This document shows positions 50,979 to 64,000 of a stretch of DNA of 64,000 bases, one piece after another. This stretch comes from Haliotis cracherodii (Eukaryota): contig NW_027266286.1 in assembly GCF_022045235.1 (NCBI RefSeq), positions 51,522,001 to 51,586,000 on the forward strand, given 5' to 3'. Numbering within the stretch: the first letter of the stretch is position 1; each line of letters opens with the position of its first letter. The notes beneath the pieces were generated by a model. It had not been told where the DNA came from and ran no database searches. It saw only the letters and a list, made by a program, of their open reading frames with translations. Both the position numbers and the translations under genes were made by a program.

Positions 50979-52739
50979 TACCGTGCGGCAGTTTAACGTG
51001 AATACCCCACTCATACACATCATAGTACTGGACCTGAGCCGACCACGGCAAAAACATTGCACTATGCAGGATGTCAAACGATTCTATGTCAGCGGATACC
51101 TGACAGATCCAAACTCTGTCAGAGCACACACAGAGCAGAAAATGTCTCAAAATGTTGTACAATCTGCGAATATGAGGATATTAAAAGAATGTATATGACA
51201 ATGCAACGTGCATGTATGCACTAAATAAGTATAAAAGCATGTCTATCAGGCCCTATATTTCTATTCAAGACAGTAATTAAGATTTCAGGAGTTCGGAGAA
51301 TACATGAGTGATGCTATTATAAAAGTGATGCTGTTATACATGGAAATCCCTCTCCCCCCTTTGATAGTATATTACTTGGGTTAAGGTAAGGGTTAGCTAT
51401 ACACACAACCACATCTCACCCGTTACCCCCGCACACTGTATATACTAGTATAAAGTATATGTATCATAACGGCTGACTCTTTTTACATATAATATCGTAC
51501 TTATTTAGTGTATCCACAGGCATGTTAATGTTTTTACTATTTTGAGTGTGACACGGAAATTGTCCTTCCAAACAACCTTTACCAAGTTTCACATTGTCAC
51601 AATGCCTAATAATTCCTTAAACGCCGGACCTCAACTGGGACTTTAGCCCTGACCTCAACATGGACTTCAAAACATGCTGAGCTCATTTTCATCACAACAG
51701 CTGAGAACTCAATAGCCGACGCACGTAGAAGTAGTTGTGTTGAACGAAGATACATATTGATATGTAAGTATTGTAATCTATTTTAGTACTGAGTGAGTGA
51801 GTTGGGTTTAAAGCTGCTTTAAACAGCATTCTAGTTATATCACGACGTGTCATCTTAATGTGGGAGGAAATCCCGAAGTGGTGCAGGTCTTAGACGTTTA
51901 CCACTTCGGTGAAACCCAAGAGCACGGTTATGGTGCTGACACACCTAGAAACATAATCGGGGCGGACCCATGTAGGAGGATCAGGTCACTAACCAGGATC
52001 AAATCACTACAGAGTGATTTCATCCTTGGATCAAATCGCTCTCCTGAGGATCATAACATTCCTCTTTGCAGGATAAAACACTCCCTAGGATAAAACACTC
52101 CCCTTATACCTTCTGCATACTGAATTGGCGATAAGCAACGCCCTACCCTAATTAAATATCTATCCAAACCTTTAATATGGCTATATATACAGTATAAATA
52201 CGTCATTTATACGTCAGGAATATATCGGACAATATATCCTCGTGTCATGGAAGTTCAGCACTTAAAAATTACGAGAAGTCGCTGAATAGTTATAGTAATA
52301 TTCGTATAATCTATTTTTCAAATATCTTATCTCTAAACTTGCTTATTTTGGTCAAACATTTCCGAAATCTAGACTGAAAATTTCCACTGAAACTGACACT
52401 CGTGACATGGCCGCCCTCTCATTGTCAACAGAAGTGATCAAGAAAGCTAAGTTCGATCATTTGATTGGCTGGCTTGTCGCACAAACGGGATGACATGTTC
52501 GGACGATCTCTTGTGTCAAAATCTGAACAAGAACAATCCACATTTCTTTCATATATCTCTGTGCATGAAATGTTGATTTTATTTTTAATATTGAAAAAAA
52601 ACCCGATGAAAAGTCACAAATACTTAGTATTCAGCTTATTTACAAGGTTGATGCACGGGGTTATTCTTCAGGCTCATCGTGACAGTTCTGGGGGCGGGGC
52701 ACCAATGTCGACGCACAACACGAACTGGCGTGCAGAAAC

Positions 52740-53780
52740 GTAAATGTGTCCAGTGCTGACATGTAGGATGGTTACATTGTGCCCAGGTTGTAATTATTAA
52801 TGAGACACTAAGTCAACCTTATCAGGTACAAATTGGTTACATTTGCAGCAGATTTCGTCATCACTTGTCCCATCACTATTAGTCCTGGCAAAATAAGGTT
52901 TCACTTGGAACAAATTGCAACAGAATGTATATCGTACGAATAAAAACTATCGTCCTGATGCGCGTTGGTCCGTGAAGTTCCAGAAGTTCTTGCATTCGTC
53001 GCAGTGACAGTACTAGGGTTCTTCGAAGATTTACATGGTTTAGATGTTTGCTTTCTTTTCTTTCTTTTTTTTTGGTGTGTGTGTGTGTGTGTGTTGGGGG
53101 GGGGGGGGGGGGGGTGTGTGCCGATGTCTCAGTCTGATGGGAAATAGCACTCAGAACGTTTCTCTTTTTAGTAAGCACAGCTTTTCTTGAAAAATACAGT
53201 CGTCTTGTCTTTAATGAATCCTGCTACATCATTGCCCTCAGTATGTGAAGTGACATCCTTGTCTCCAACTGGCACACTTGAATCAATAACACCAGTATCA
53301 GGATGCAGCAAACGTTCAGTGCACTTAAAAACTATTGATAGTACACTGTTGATATTGGCATGTTAAATGGGTAGACTCCACATTTGATGAAAGAGGATTG
53401 CAAATTTGTTGGTGTCAACGGCAGGTTATAAGCTCTACAACCAAGTTCACAAACCGAATGTTTATCAACTGAACTTGTGGCATTTTCCCGCATATACGTA
53501 TGACGGAGGTTGTTGTAAATTTTAGCAAAAGGCCAAAAGCAACCAACATCCATTGGCTGTAAAACATGGGACGTGTTTGCAGGCAGTACAAACAAAATAA
53601 TAGGATGCTGACGTGCCCATTCGATCAGTGGCATATATAGATACGTGGGATCTATGACCATCGTACACAATAAATGGACTATCTGCAGACGCAGCGACAG
53701 CATGCTTCAAGAAATGCTCTGTTAGATATTGTTGAAAAATCTCCCTGTTTGGCCAGCCAGAGTCGTTTCGAGTGCCTGCT
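52740..53780 (-). mobile_element. pogo/Tigger-like (DDE_1) transposase remnant with C-terminal Cys/His finger
   Basis: YDGHRSH, LPANTSHVLQPMDVGCF, F.KCGVYP and WAQC....C.HWTHL.FC fragments. Lies inside a roughly 3-kb insertion that splits a family-4 SINE (51965 / 54921). Confidence 0.75.
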
Positions 53781-56344
53781 GCTACAGGTGTAGCAACCTG
53801 TAACGGTTGTCGTCCTTGATCTTGTTGTCACTGCAGCTGGAGTGCTCTGACTCGATGTGACTACTTATGATGGGGTATGATTCTCAAAAGTCCCTTTTCA
53901 TCAGCATTATAAATTCGACGAGGGCATGTCTTCTGGTTGTTCATATTCATGACAAGGTGTGCCCATTTTGCAATCAGCCAGAATCCATTGCTCATTTGTT
54001 CCTAGACTGTCAAGATAATTCAGGTGCTCAGTTAAAACGAGAATTGCAGATAGATCCGCTATCTGTCGCAGATCTCCTAAAGCCAAGAGATATAATAGCT
54101 AAGGCCACACTAACTGTATTTCTGAAAGATGGTCAGCTAATGGAACGTATATAAACAGAGCAGCCAAAGAAATTCTATCATTTCCTAAAAATCAAAAATC
54201 AAATATAACCTGTTTAACCAACCGCCGTTCAAACAAACAAGACTGTAAGTGATTGTCTATGGTGTGTTTAACTGTTAACTATGATACTGAAAGTGGGGTG
54301 TTACTGTGATAACGGCTATACATCTAGATAAACACATCTATTTATATTATGCATAAATATTTAAGATGAGCAATTTTTCAAACGTTCCAAATAATGTTAC
54401 TTTAATGTACTTTAATCAAAATATATATATATATTTGCCGAAAATATACGCTATTGATTAACTTTACTGGGAAATAAATGTGACTCGTGGTTTTCGTTTC
54501 CTCTAGGTGATTACAATTATGCGCAGTAAGTTTGAAAATAGAACTTAATAACAATGTATTTCATAGGAGGAAAACATAGTTAGTCATCATTTGAATACCA
54601 CTCACACCTGCATCACATACACACAGGATACAAGATACAATGATAACGACTGTGGCGTTTTGTACCCCTTTGAATTACAGCATTTCCAAATAAATAAATG
54701 TGTATTTTGCATTCTGTCCGGGGAAAGTGATTTGATCCTAAGGGGGTTGATTGTATTCCGAATGGAGTGTTTTGGTCCTGAGAGGGGAAGAATTGGATCC
54801 TAGGATAATTTCACTCGAGTGTGTGTTACTTCTACATGTAGGATCAGTTCGCTGTGGTGTGATTCTGTCTTAAGACAGTGAAATGAGTGTAATGGGAGTG
54901 ATTTATTTCCGCCACACTGTGATTCAAACCCACGATCATAGGTTTCTGGCGTATTCAAGTATTGAGAAGGTGCATGTCATCAGCAATATTCCAATCTATA
55001 TCACAGCTGCCTGTAACAAGGAAGTCTGGACCAGGCAAACCAGTAACCGAAAACATGATAGTTGATCCGTGCCATCAGGTTACGAATACGCTTTCAGCCA
55101 AGTCACACAGCCAACTATCCGATCCGCATTTACGACAAACATGAGACACCAGTGTCACATCTGTATATGAGAAAATGCTAAAATATTGGGGAACTGCAGT
55201 CAGTTTAATATTTCAATGCAACGACTTTGTACGTTTGTTTGTGATCACGGTGTAACAACTGCAACTGTCGAATTGAACACAGAACATGATATCTGAAGAC
55301 CACGACTTAATATTTCTAGGTCAGGTGAACACGATGTATTTTTTATTGTAACATGAGAGTTAAGGATGAAGGACACGAAGTGTGTGAGCAAGGTCCAAGC
55401 AAAACGTATTTAGTTTCAGCCCCCAACAGTGGCGTTATGTAAATCTCTGATGGAGTTATTCAAGGAAAAGTCCAAAAACCAATGTAACGACACAATAATA
55501 GGTTTTCTCCCTTTCAAAATAAGGCTGTCTCATGTCAAGGCGCTGTGTTCCAATAACCATGGGTGTCATTAAACAAGATTAAAGAAAACATGGTAATATG
55601 TTAACATGTTTAATATTAACAACTAATTGTACCAATAGACGATAATAAACGGATAAAAATGCCCAATTTGCGCTGACAAAGGTCTCTGATAAATTATATC
55701 AGAACAAACACACAAGCGGCTGCGACCAATTAACAACTGACGTAATTAACTCAACACTCAAAAGAGTGAATAACCCCGACTGGTTTAATAACGGGGAATA
55801 AAAAAACACAGACGGCCTGTCCCAAAAATATGTCACTTTGACGAGAACGTCTGAATATCAAACTAGTCTAAATGACTAAAGATTCTGTCACTTTGACTGA
55901 GCAAGGAATACTAAAATTCCCCCAAAGCTTGACAATTACGGGAAGGTCGGTTATCCACAGATTGCTAGAAAAACTTCCTAGTTTCTGAATTTAGCTTAAT
56001 ACCAGAGTAAGTCAGTACTAGATCAAATCACTTAGTAACGAAACCTGAGTTTAGAAGCGACCACCCAGTAAAATATTGCGCACGGACTTCAGGGAGTCAG
56101 AGAGGACATTCTCTCCCTGACAGCCGTGGAATACAAGAGTCTGAGGCCCTTAGCCAACGTGTGTTTCTAACCACGAATAACAAATTAACTACTATATCCA
56201 TACTGAAGATGTAAGTATCAAAATAACACAAGCTATCCAAAGGTATGATTAAAGATTTACAAGAAGCTATGTACACTTATTTTGGAGGCAAAAATGATCA
56301 TAAATACATGAGAAATATCTGAGTGTACATATGGGTGGGTGGTG

Positions 56345-56606
56345 GTGGTTTGTTGTTTAACGCCGCACTCAGCAATATTCCAGCTATATGACGGCGGTCT
56401 GGAAATAATCGAGTCTGGACCAGACAATCCAGTGATTAATATCATGAGCATCAATCCACGCAATTGGCATTGATGACATGCATCAACCAAGTCAGCGATC
56501 CTGACCACCCGATCCCGTTAGTCGCCTTTTACGCCAAGCATAGTCACCTTTTACGGCAAGCATGGAATGCTGAGGACCTATTCTACCCCGGAATCTTCAC
56601 GGGTCG
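56345..56606 (-). mobile_element. Short retroelement, family 1
   Basis: Colinear with 8136-8386. Confidence 0.85.
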
Positions 56607-57149
56607 AGTATATATATGAATTCCCCTAATGTTTGAAAATCATAGTTTTACAAAAAAACATTTTCAACACATGAATAGCGAACATATGGGAGATAACAAA
56701 CATCAAGTCGATACATTAAGTCACAAGAGAGTGGAATAGCAGGGTCACTAATTCTTTAACCATGAATATAATGACACTGTACGACGACGACCGCCGGACT
56801 TTGCCAAGTGGTGTCGGAAATATAGTGAGGGAGCGGTGTGCGGTCACCAGACTGTGACAAGGGTAGATTTAATGACCCGTTGATATCTTACTAGCACATA
56901 TCGTCCTAACTGTAGTTGTTAGAGATTAGGCCAGAGTGCTTGGATACTAACACATTCCCGGCAGAAAATCGATGACATTTTGAGCAATGACAGTTTTTCA
57001 CTATCCATTTATTTGAAGATACATGTAACTGCCGCCCAAAAATGGTGTAAATATTGACACGTTAAAGTCTTGATTGTGATGGCTGTGAAATCCGACAGCT
57101 CATTTATGATACTTACAATATTGTTTGTTCTATTTCAGACAACCTGGAG

Positions 57150-59620
57150 ATGAAAAACAACATACTATTATTTTTTGTCTGTCTCTCTGGAGGAGTAATT
57201 TGGGCGTGTACGTTCCGTCATGACGTGAAGTATGGAGGGATATTTGTTAACTGTTCCAACAACAACCTATCCAATGTACCAAATGATCTACCCCAAAATA
57301 CAACATCGCTCAATTTGAGTACCAATCACATTGTCGTGTTGCACATTCAACCCAACAGTTCCTTGAAATACCTGGACGTCTCCAACAATAAGTTATCAAA
57401 GCTACAAAATGGGACATTTGAAAGCATTAACAGCTTAGAGGAGCTATTCTTGCAGAACAACAATCTGATGCTCGATTCCACCAGCTACCCAGATGATGTC
57501 TTCCTTCCTCTACAGAAACTTCAGAATTCCATCTGCACAACAATGATCGAAAGTCGGAGGGTAGCTATCCAGAAACTGCTTTCGGTAAACTCAGGAGTGT
57601 TGTTGAATTGAAAATTGACACATTTGAAACCTCCACCTTTGGATCTGGGTTTGCCAAAATGACCAGTCTCAAAAGGCTTCTTTTGGGGTTTAATGGTTGC
57701 AAGATTCAAAGAGTGTCGAACGATACGTTCCGATCTTTTAAACACATCCCAATTGAAGACCTTGATCTTCGTAGTTGCCCATTAGAAGCTGTACATAAAA
57801 TGTCATTTGTCCATTTGAAAAGCCTCAAGGATTTGAATCTTTCTCATGGTAAATTAGTGAGCCCAGTAGAAGCTGTTACATCTATGTATGGTTTAAATGG
57901 GCTAAACCTGACACGTATTTTACTTGATGAAATTTACAACTTCCTTCTTTTTAGGTCTGGTACTGTTGAACAAAGAATTCTTACAGGTGAAGTGCTAGAT
58001 AATATACAAGATGTATGCGTTGAGCAGTTTTCGATGAAGAAAAACAAAATAGCATGGATTGATTCTTCTCTTTTAAAACCAAATTCAAGTTTCTCAAAGT
58101 GCCTTGTACATATTGACCTGTCTGATAATGATTTGCTAGGAGACAGGATTATTTTATTCCAACTTGTCTTTGCGCCTCAATTAGTGTTTGTGAATATTAC
58201 AAATCACTTGAGAAGAAACGAGTTCTTCTCATCAATGCCTCAACACAACTCCTTGTTGTCGGTACCAACATTCAAGATCCCCTTACCTCCAAAACTAAAG
58301 TACCTTTATATCCATGGCACGCTGAGTGACATAGGCTACATAAACAGTAACATTGAAGTGTTAAATGCTGTATCGCTCAAAAGTATTAACTTTGAATTTA
58401 ACGGATGGTATGCCTTCCAATATAATGTATATGGTTTGGAGAATCTCACTGATTTAGACATCTCTGGAAACTACTTTACCAACATGAATCCTGATTTCTT
58501 GAAATCTTTCCCAGGCCTAAGAACTCTCACGATGTCTCAGATTGGCTTTAGCAAATACTTTCTTCTTCATCAGGGACGTCAGATGTTTTTGCCATTACGT
58601 AACTTGAAAAATATTATCCTCAGTCACAATGATTTAGCAGTCATGGATCCTAAGATATTTTCTGGAAATCAACTGACTGCTATTGATTTATCTTTTAACC
58701 GTTTTGAAAGTATTCCCTTTGACATCACAACAACTCCGTCTCTGCAACGTATTGACCTCAGTTCCAACTCACTGCCTGTGTTATCAGAGTTAGAGAGGAC
58801 CCTGTTTGATTCCCTAGCAGCAACAAATAACTTCACGTTGAACCTTGGCAACAACCTTCTGTCCTGCGGATGTGAGAATTTAGGCTTTGTGTTGTGGCTG
58901 TTCCACACAGATGTGAAAGTTGAAAGCAGAGATGCTTATACCTGTGTATCTGATAGTGGCCATATTACACCTCCATCTTATATTTATGATCATTATGATG
59001 AAATATGGAGAAAATGTTCCGGACCAACTTGGCTGTCACTATCTGTTTCTGCCTTTGCACTGATTATATTATTCATGATTCTAATCTATTTGATAAACCA
59101 GAGAAAGACATTACTCCTAAACATCATTTACCGGATGTTTGGGTTGGTAAATGTTGCCAAACCGCCAAAGCGTACTGACTTTCCAAACGATGCCTACATC
59201 GGCTACAGTGACTGCGATTATCAGTACATCTGTCACACTATGAGAGAGCACCTGGAAGACAGACATGGAGTCAAACTCTTCCTGAAGGACAGAGACACCA
59301 TCCCTGGAGGACAAATAGCTGACGACATCATCAACGGTATAGATTCCAGTTGGAAAACGCTCCTAATTCTAAGCAGATCATTTCTGGAAGATCAATGGTG
59401 TAGCTTTACTGTTAATCGTGTTGTGTATTCCTCCTCTATACTACCCGCAGGAAGTGTCGTTCTTGTGCTGTATGAGGACGTGAGACAAGGGGACATCTCC
59501 CCGGCCCTGCTGAATGTTGTGGAGGAGAGACACATCTTCTATGTAAAGAAGTACATGGACGATCAGGGGAGACTTTGGAGAGACGTTAGTCAGCGTATCA
59601 TGACTGAATCAGAAATATAA
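57150..59620 (+). pseudogene. Full-length TLR paralog (TLR-C) with one frameshift
   Basis: CAGAATTCC versus CAGAAGCTCC in TLR-A (net -1 at about 57527), plus a 9-bp in-frame deletion near 57365. TM and TIR are otherwise intact. Confidence 0.9.
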
Positions 59621-62164
59621 AGAAAACGATTACTCGCTGATCTGTGGATATGATATCATGTCTTTTGCACATACAACCTGAGACTAACATGCATTTGTTT
59701 GTCCAATGTGGTCAGTTATTTCATTAATATATGGAAGTGTCACTCGTTTTGTGAAAAGAATCGGTTCAAAAGTCTCAATGCCCCAACAAAACCTCACATG
59801 TTCAGTCTATGAAATGGAAGTATTATGCCTTCTGAATAATAAAAGAAGGTCAACGTGTTGAATCTTTTAAATCCATTCTGGACCAGGGTGCCAATTGTGG
59901 TTATAACTAACACTGTGTGCTCAAGTGTGTCTACTTGGGTTGTCATTTCTTCCCTATTCTCATGTCATATAGCCAGTAAACATTGGTGTCTTACATCATA
60001 ATAGTGTTATCATTTCAGGAATTTTTAAGATCTTTTTAAACTTGTGAAATTATGAATGCCCTAATAAAAAATATTTTTATATTAGTTTCAGTTCTTTTTT
60101 CTCTCGAGTACGCATTGATTTCGGAGCCCAGGCCACATTTTTTTATATTTGCTGGGTGAATCTCACGATTCTGCTCTCAATATTTCCGGGTCATCATGTC
60201 ATATTAGCAGTGATTCATATTCCGGATGTTTAACCAACATATTGACACATGTTTCATGTAGTCCTACATTTACTGACTGTATCGTGAGATAGTTCCCTGG
60301 TTAAGTCTGCAGGTTACCACATTTCCGCGGTGAACACTGTTTTCTCTACTTTGGACCCCGTGGCTTTGTGATATACATGAACAAATAACTTCCGAACATT
60401 ATTTACAATATTGTCCTTTCCGACGATAGTTTTTATCGTGTCACTAAGTATTCACAATATGAGAGACAGTGTTAGAAAATAATATTTCTGGAATCTTTAA
60501 TAATTGTCTTGGTTTTAAATCGCCAAGGTAATAATAATACTATTTCGAGGATCTTTTCGTTCAGCACCTTAGAAATATTTGAGTTGCAGATCAAGTACAT
60601 GAACATTAAGGTTTTATTTCTCTTTCATCATTACTGTACACGTAAAAACATAATGATTCTACATTAATACGACTATATGTATATGTGACAAGGTTAAAGG
60701 TCAGCAAAAGCAGGTTTTTTTATAATAATGAAATTAACTCTGTCCCTCAGGTAAATCCCTGGTATAATTGATAGAGCGTCTGTTGGTGTTCGATCCCCTG
60801 GCCGCCTCAAACCAAAAGACAATAAAATATGGTACTTGTTACCCTGTCTGGCGCTTTATATAAAGGGGATAAAACAGGGACTTGTCGACTCGGTTTCAGA
60901 ATGGTGTGTCTAAGTGGGGTATCCATGTTAAACTGTAAAACTGACACACGTCAAGACTAGAAAAGTAGACACACATACACGTGCATCACGTCGTCGCTAT
61001 ATGGGTGAAATAATCTTAAACGTCTTTAATAGTGTGTTCCTGCTTTCGTTATTAAAAATGACACCAATACTACTTACATCATCCGGGTCCCGAAAGAAAC
61101 CTTTATATACTAATACTCACGTGAACCTATCTTTTCTTAATTGTTTTCTCACTGTATGTGTGACGCAGAAATAAGTTGAAGTATACAGTCATAAAACGCC
61201 TCTGTATTGATCCAACGTCATTTGAGCGCAGTTTTCTCAAGTACGGGACATATTAGGAAGACATTATTTGTTAACAAACCATGGTGAAAACAGCAGTCCG
61301 TTGTGTGTCAGAAGAATGGGAAAGTCATGAAAGGGAAATAACTCCTTCCGACTAAAGAAATGCAGTAAAGCCTCATAAACTATTATAACACTAACTTGTT
61401 ATAATCTCGCTTATGCCTACATTCAATGCCGAAGTGTGGGGAAAATAACAACAGGAGGGTTGATTGTGGAAGAAATGGGCGCAGCCTTATTTATGAAGCA
61501 AACGTGCATAACATTGATTCGCGCACCGATTAGGTCGTTAGGTATTAGCATGTATTTTAATCCAAGAATACCCAACAGGAAATAATTTAAGGAAACTTGT
61601 TTCAGACTGGGCGTTGACAAAATAACTCAAGAGTCCTTCCAGAGAATTGATGAAAATATCGCGTTGACAAACAAACTTCTTAGCTGTTTAAGTCTTTTTT
61701 AAGAGAGTGACTGGATGAGTATTGTTTTACGCCAGCTTTAGCAATATCCCAGCAATATCACCATGGGGGACACCAGAAATAGGCTTCAAACATTGTACCC
61801 ATGTGGGTAATCGAAACCGGTTCTTTGACGTGACAAGCGATCGCTTTAACCAATTGGGCTTCCCGGTCCCCCACACCCCCTCTTTTAAAACAAAACCCAG
61901 ACAATAAATGAATTATTTGAGACCATATGTATCTTTTGGTTTGAGTGGGTGTGTGAGAATGTATTACGCCGCTTTTAGCAGTAGCACAGCGATATCCCAT
62001 CGTGGAACCCGAGAAATGGGGACCCACATTTTGTACTTAGATAGGGAATCGAACCCGCCGGGTCTTCGGCGTGAGGAACACAATTTACAAAACACACACA
62101 ACAATGCTAATTATCACTTGTGGAAATGTGCGGAATGGTGTACAATCAAAGAGCAAATGATGAG

Positions 62165-64000
62165 CAAAACCCTCCCCAATTTCTCTCATCCACGGGCTTT
62201 CTTCAGCCCTCCTTAATTTCTCTCACCCCGGACTTTCTTCAGCCCTCCACAATTTCCCTCAACCCCGGACTTTCTTCAGCCCTCCCCAATTTCCCTCAAC
62301 CCCGGACTTTCTTCAGCCCTCCCTAATTTACCTCACCCCGGACTTTCTTCAGCCCTCCCTAATTCCCTCACCCCCGGACTTTCTACAGACCTCCCTAATT
62401 TCCCTCACCCCCGGACTTTCTTCAGCCCTCTCTAATTTCCCTCACCCCGGACTTTCTTCAGCCCTCCCTAATTTCCCTCACTTACGGACTTTCTTCAGCC
62501 CTCCCCAATTTCCCTCACCCCCGGACTTTCTTCAGCCCTCCTTAATTTCCCTCATCCCTGGTCTTTCTTCAGCCCTCCCTAATTCCCTCACCCCCGGACT
62601 TTCTACAGCCCTCCCTAATTTCCCTCACCCCCGGACTTTCTTCAGTCCTCCCTAATTTCCCTCACCCCCGGATTTTCTTCAGCCCTCCCTAATTTCCCTC
62701 ACTTACGGACTTTCTTCAGCCCTCCCTAATTTCCCTCACCCCGGACTTTCTTCAGTCCCTAATTTACCTCACCCCCGGATTTTCTTCAGCCCTCCCTAAT
62801 TTCCCTCACTTACGGACTTTCTTCAGCCCTCCCCAATTTCCCTCACCCCCGGACTTTCTTCAGCCCTCCTTAATTTCCCTCATCCCTGGTCTTTCTTCAG
62901 CCCTCCCTAATTTCCGGACACTCTTCAGCCCTCCTTAATTTCCCTCACCCCCGGACTTTCTTCAGCCCTCTCTAATTTCCCTCACCCCGGACTTTCTTCA
63001 GCCCTCCCTAATTTCCCTCACTTACGGACTTTCTTCAGCCCTCCCCAATTTCCCTCACCCCCGGACTTTCTTCAGCCCTCCTTAATTTCCCTCATCCCTG
63101 GTCTTTCTTCAGCCCTCCCTAATTCCCTCACCCCCGGACTTTCTACAGCCCTCCCTAATTTCCCTCACCCCCGGACTTTCTTCAGTCCTCCCTAATTTCC
63201 CTCACCCCCGGATTTTCTTCAGCCCTCCCTAATTTCCCTCACTTACGGACTTTCTTCAGCCCTCCCTAATTTCCCTCACCCCGGACTTTCTTCAGTCCCT
63301 AATTTACCTCACCCCCGGATTTTCTTCAGCCCTCCCTAATTTCCCTCACTTACGGACTTTCTTCAGCCCTCCCCAATTTCCCTCACCCCCGGACTTTCTT
63401 CAGCCCTCCTTAATTTACCTCATCCCTGGTCTTTCTTCAGCCCTCCCTAATTTCCGGACACTCTTCAGCCCTCCTTAATTTCCCTCACCCCCGGACTTTC
63501 TTCAGCCCTCCCTAATTTCCCTCATCCACGGACTTTCTACAGCCCTCCCCAATTTACCTCACTTACGGACTTTCTTCAGCCCTCCATAATTTACCTCACT
63601 TACGGACTTTCTTCAGCCCTCCCTAATTTCCCTCATACCCGGACTTTCTTCAGCCCTCCTTAATTTCCCTCACTTACGGACTTTCTTCAGCCCTCCCCAA
63701 TTTCCCTCACCCCCGGACTTTCTACAGCCCACCCCAAATTCCCTCACCCCTGGACTTTCTTCGGCCCTCCCCAGTTTACCTCATCCCCGGACTTTCTTCA
63801 GCCCTCCCTTAATTCCCTCATCCCAGGACTTTCTACAACCCTCCCTAATTTCCCTCACTTACGGACTTTCTTCAGACCTCCCCAATTTACCTCATCCCCG
63901 GACTTTCTTCAGCCCTCCCTTAATTCCCTCATCCAAGGACTTTCTACAACCCTCCCTAATTTCCCTCACTTACGGACTTTCTTCAGACCTCCCCAATTTA
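62165..64000. repeat. Satellite/minisatellite with a 36-37-bp monomer; runs off the window
   Basis: Monomer GCCCTCCCTAATTTCCCTCACCCCGGACTTTCTTCA; 62401-62940 is repeated almost exactly at 62941-63480. Confidence 0.98.

Noticed and set aside
50776-51198. ORFs with His-Thr or Cys-Val repeats
   Set aside because: Translations of the (TG)n microsatellite.
55384-56860. Solo LTR (TG...CA ends)
   Set aside because: It is an insertion relative to the paralogs, but there is no convincing TSD or internal coding remnant, so it is left unclassified.

Overview
AT-rich, repeat-rich animal genomic DNA. The SINE families and TLR type suggest a mollusc, possibly an abalone-like gastropod (inference). Bases 1-7446 are one end of a GC-richer Polinton/Maverick element. 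It carries a decayed protein-primed DNA polymerase B, a BIR (IAP-like) ORF, a Cys-rich ORF and a Lys/Thr-rich ORF, and it ends in the canonical AGTAGT terminus. The main observation is that the BIR ORF and the Cys-rich ORF are unrelated yet sit in near-identical expression cassettes that look like replication-dependent histone genes. Each has a multi-CCAAT promoter with an AAACACA (H1-box-like) motif and TATA, a shared ATGGCTGAAA start, no intron, and a canonical histone 3' stem-loop (GGCCCTTTTNAGGGCC-ACCCA) followed by a purine-rich downstream element. A third copy of the promoter lies upstream of the Lys/Thr-rich ORF. The rest of the window is a locally duplicated immune-type cluster: one intact Toll-like receptor, two disrupted TLR paralogs with mosaic LRR regions, and two two-exon genes for membrane-anchored Cys-rich/SGNH (GDS...DxxH) proteins. 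These are interspersed with SINEs, Tc1, Kolobok-like, pogo-like, LINE and Penelope remnants. The window ends in a G-quadruplex-prone 36-bp satellite with a 540-bp higher-order repeat.
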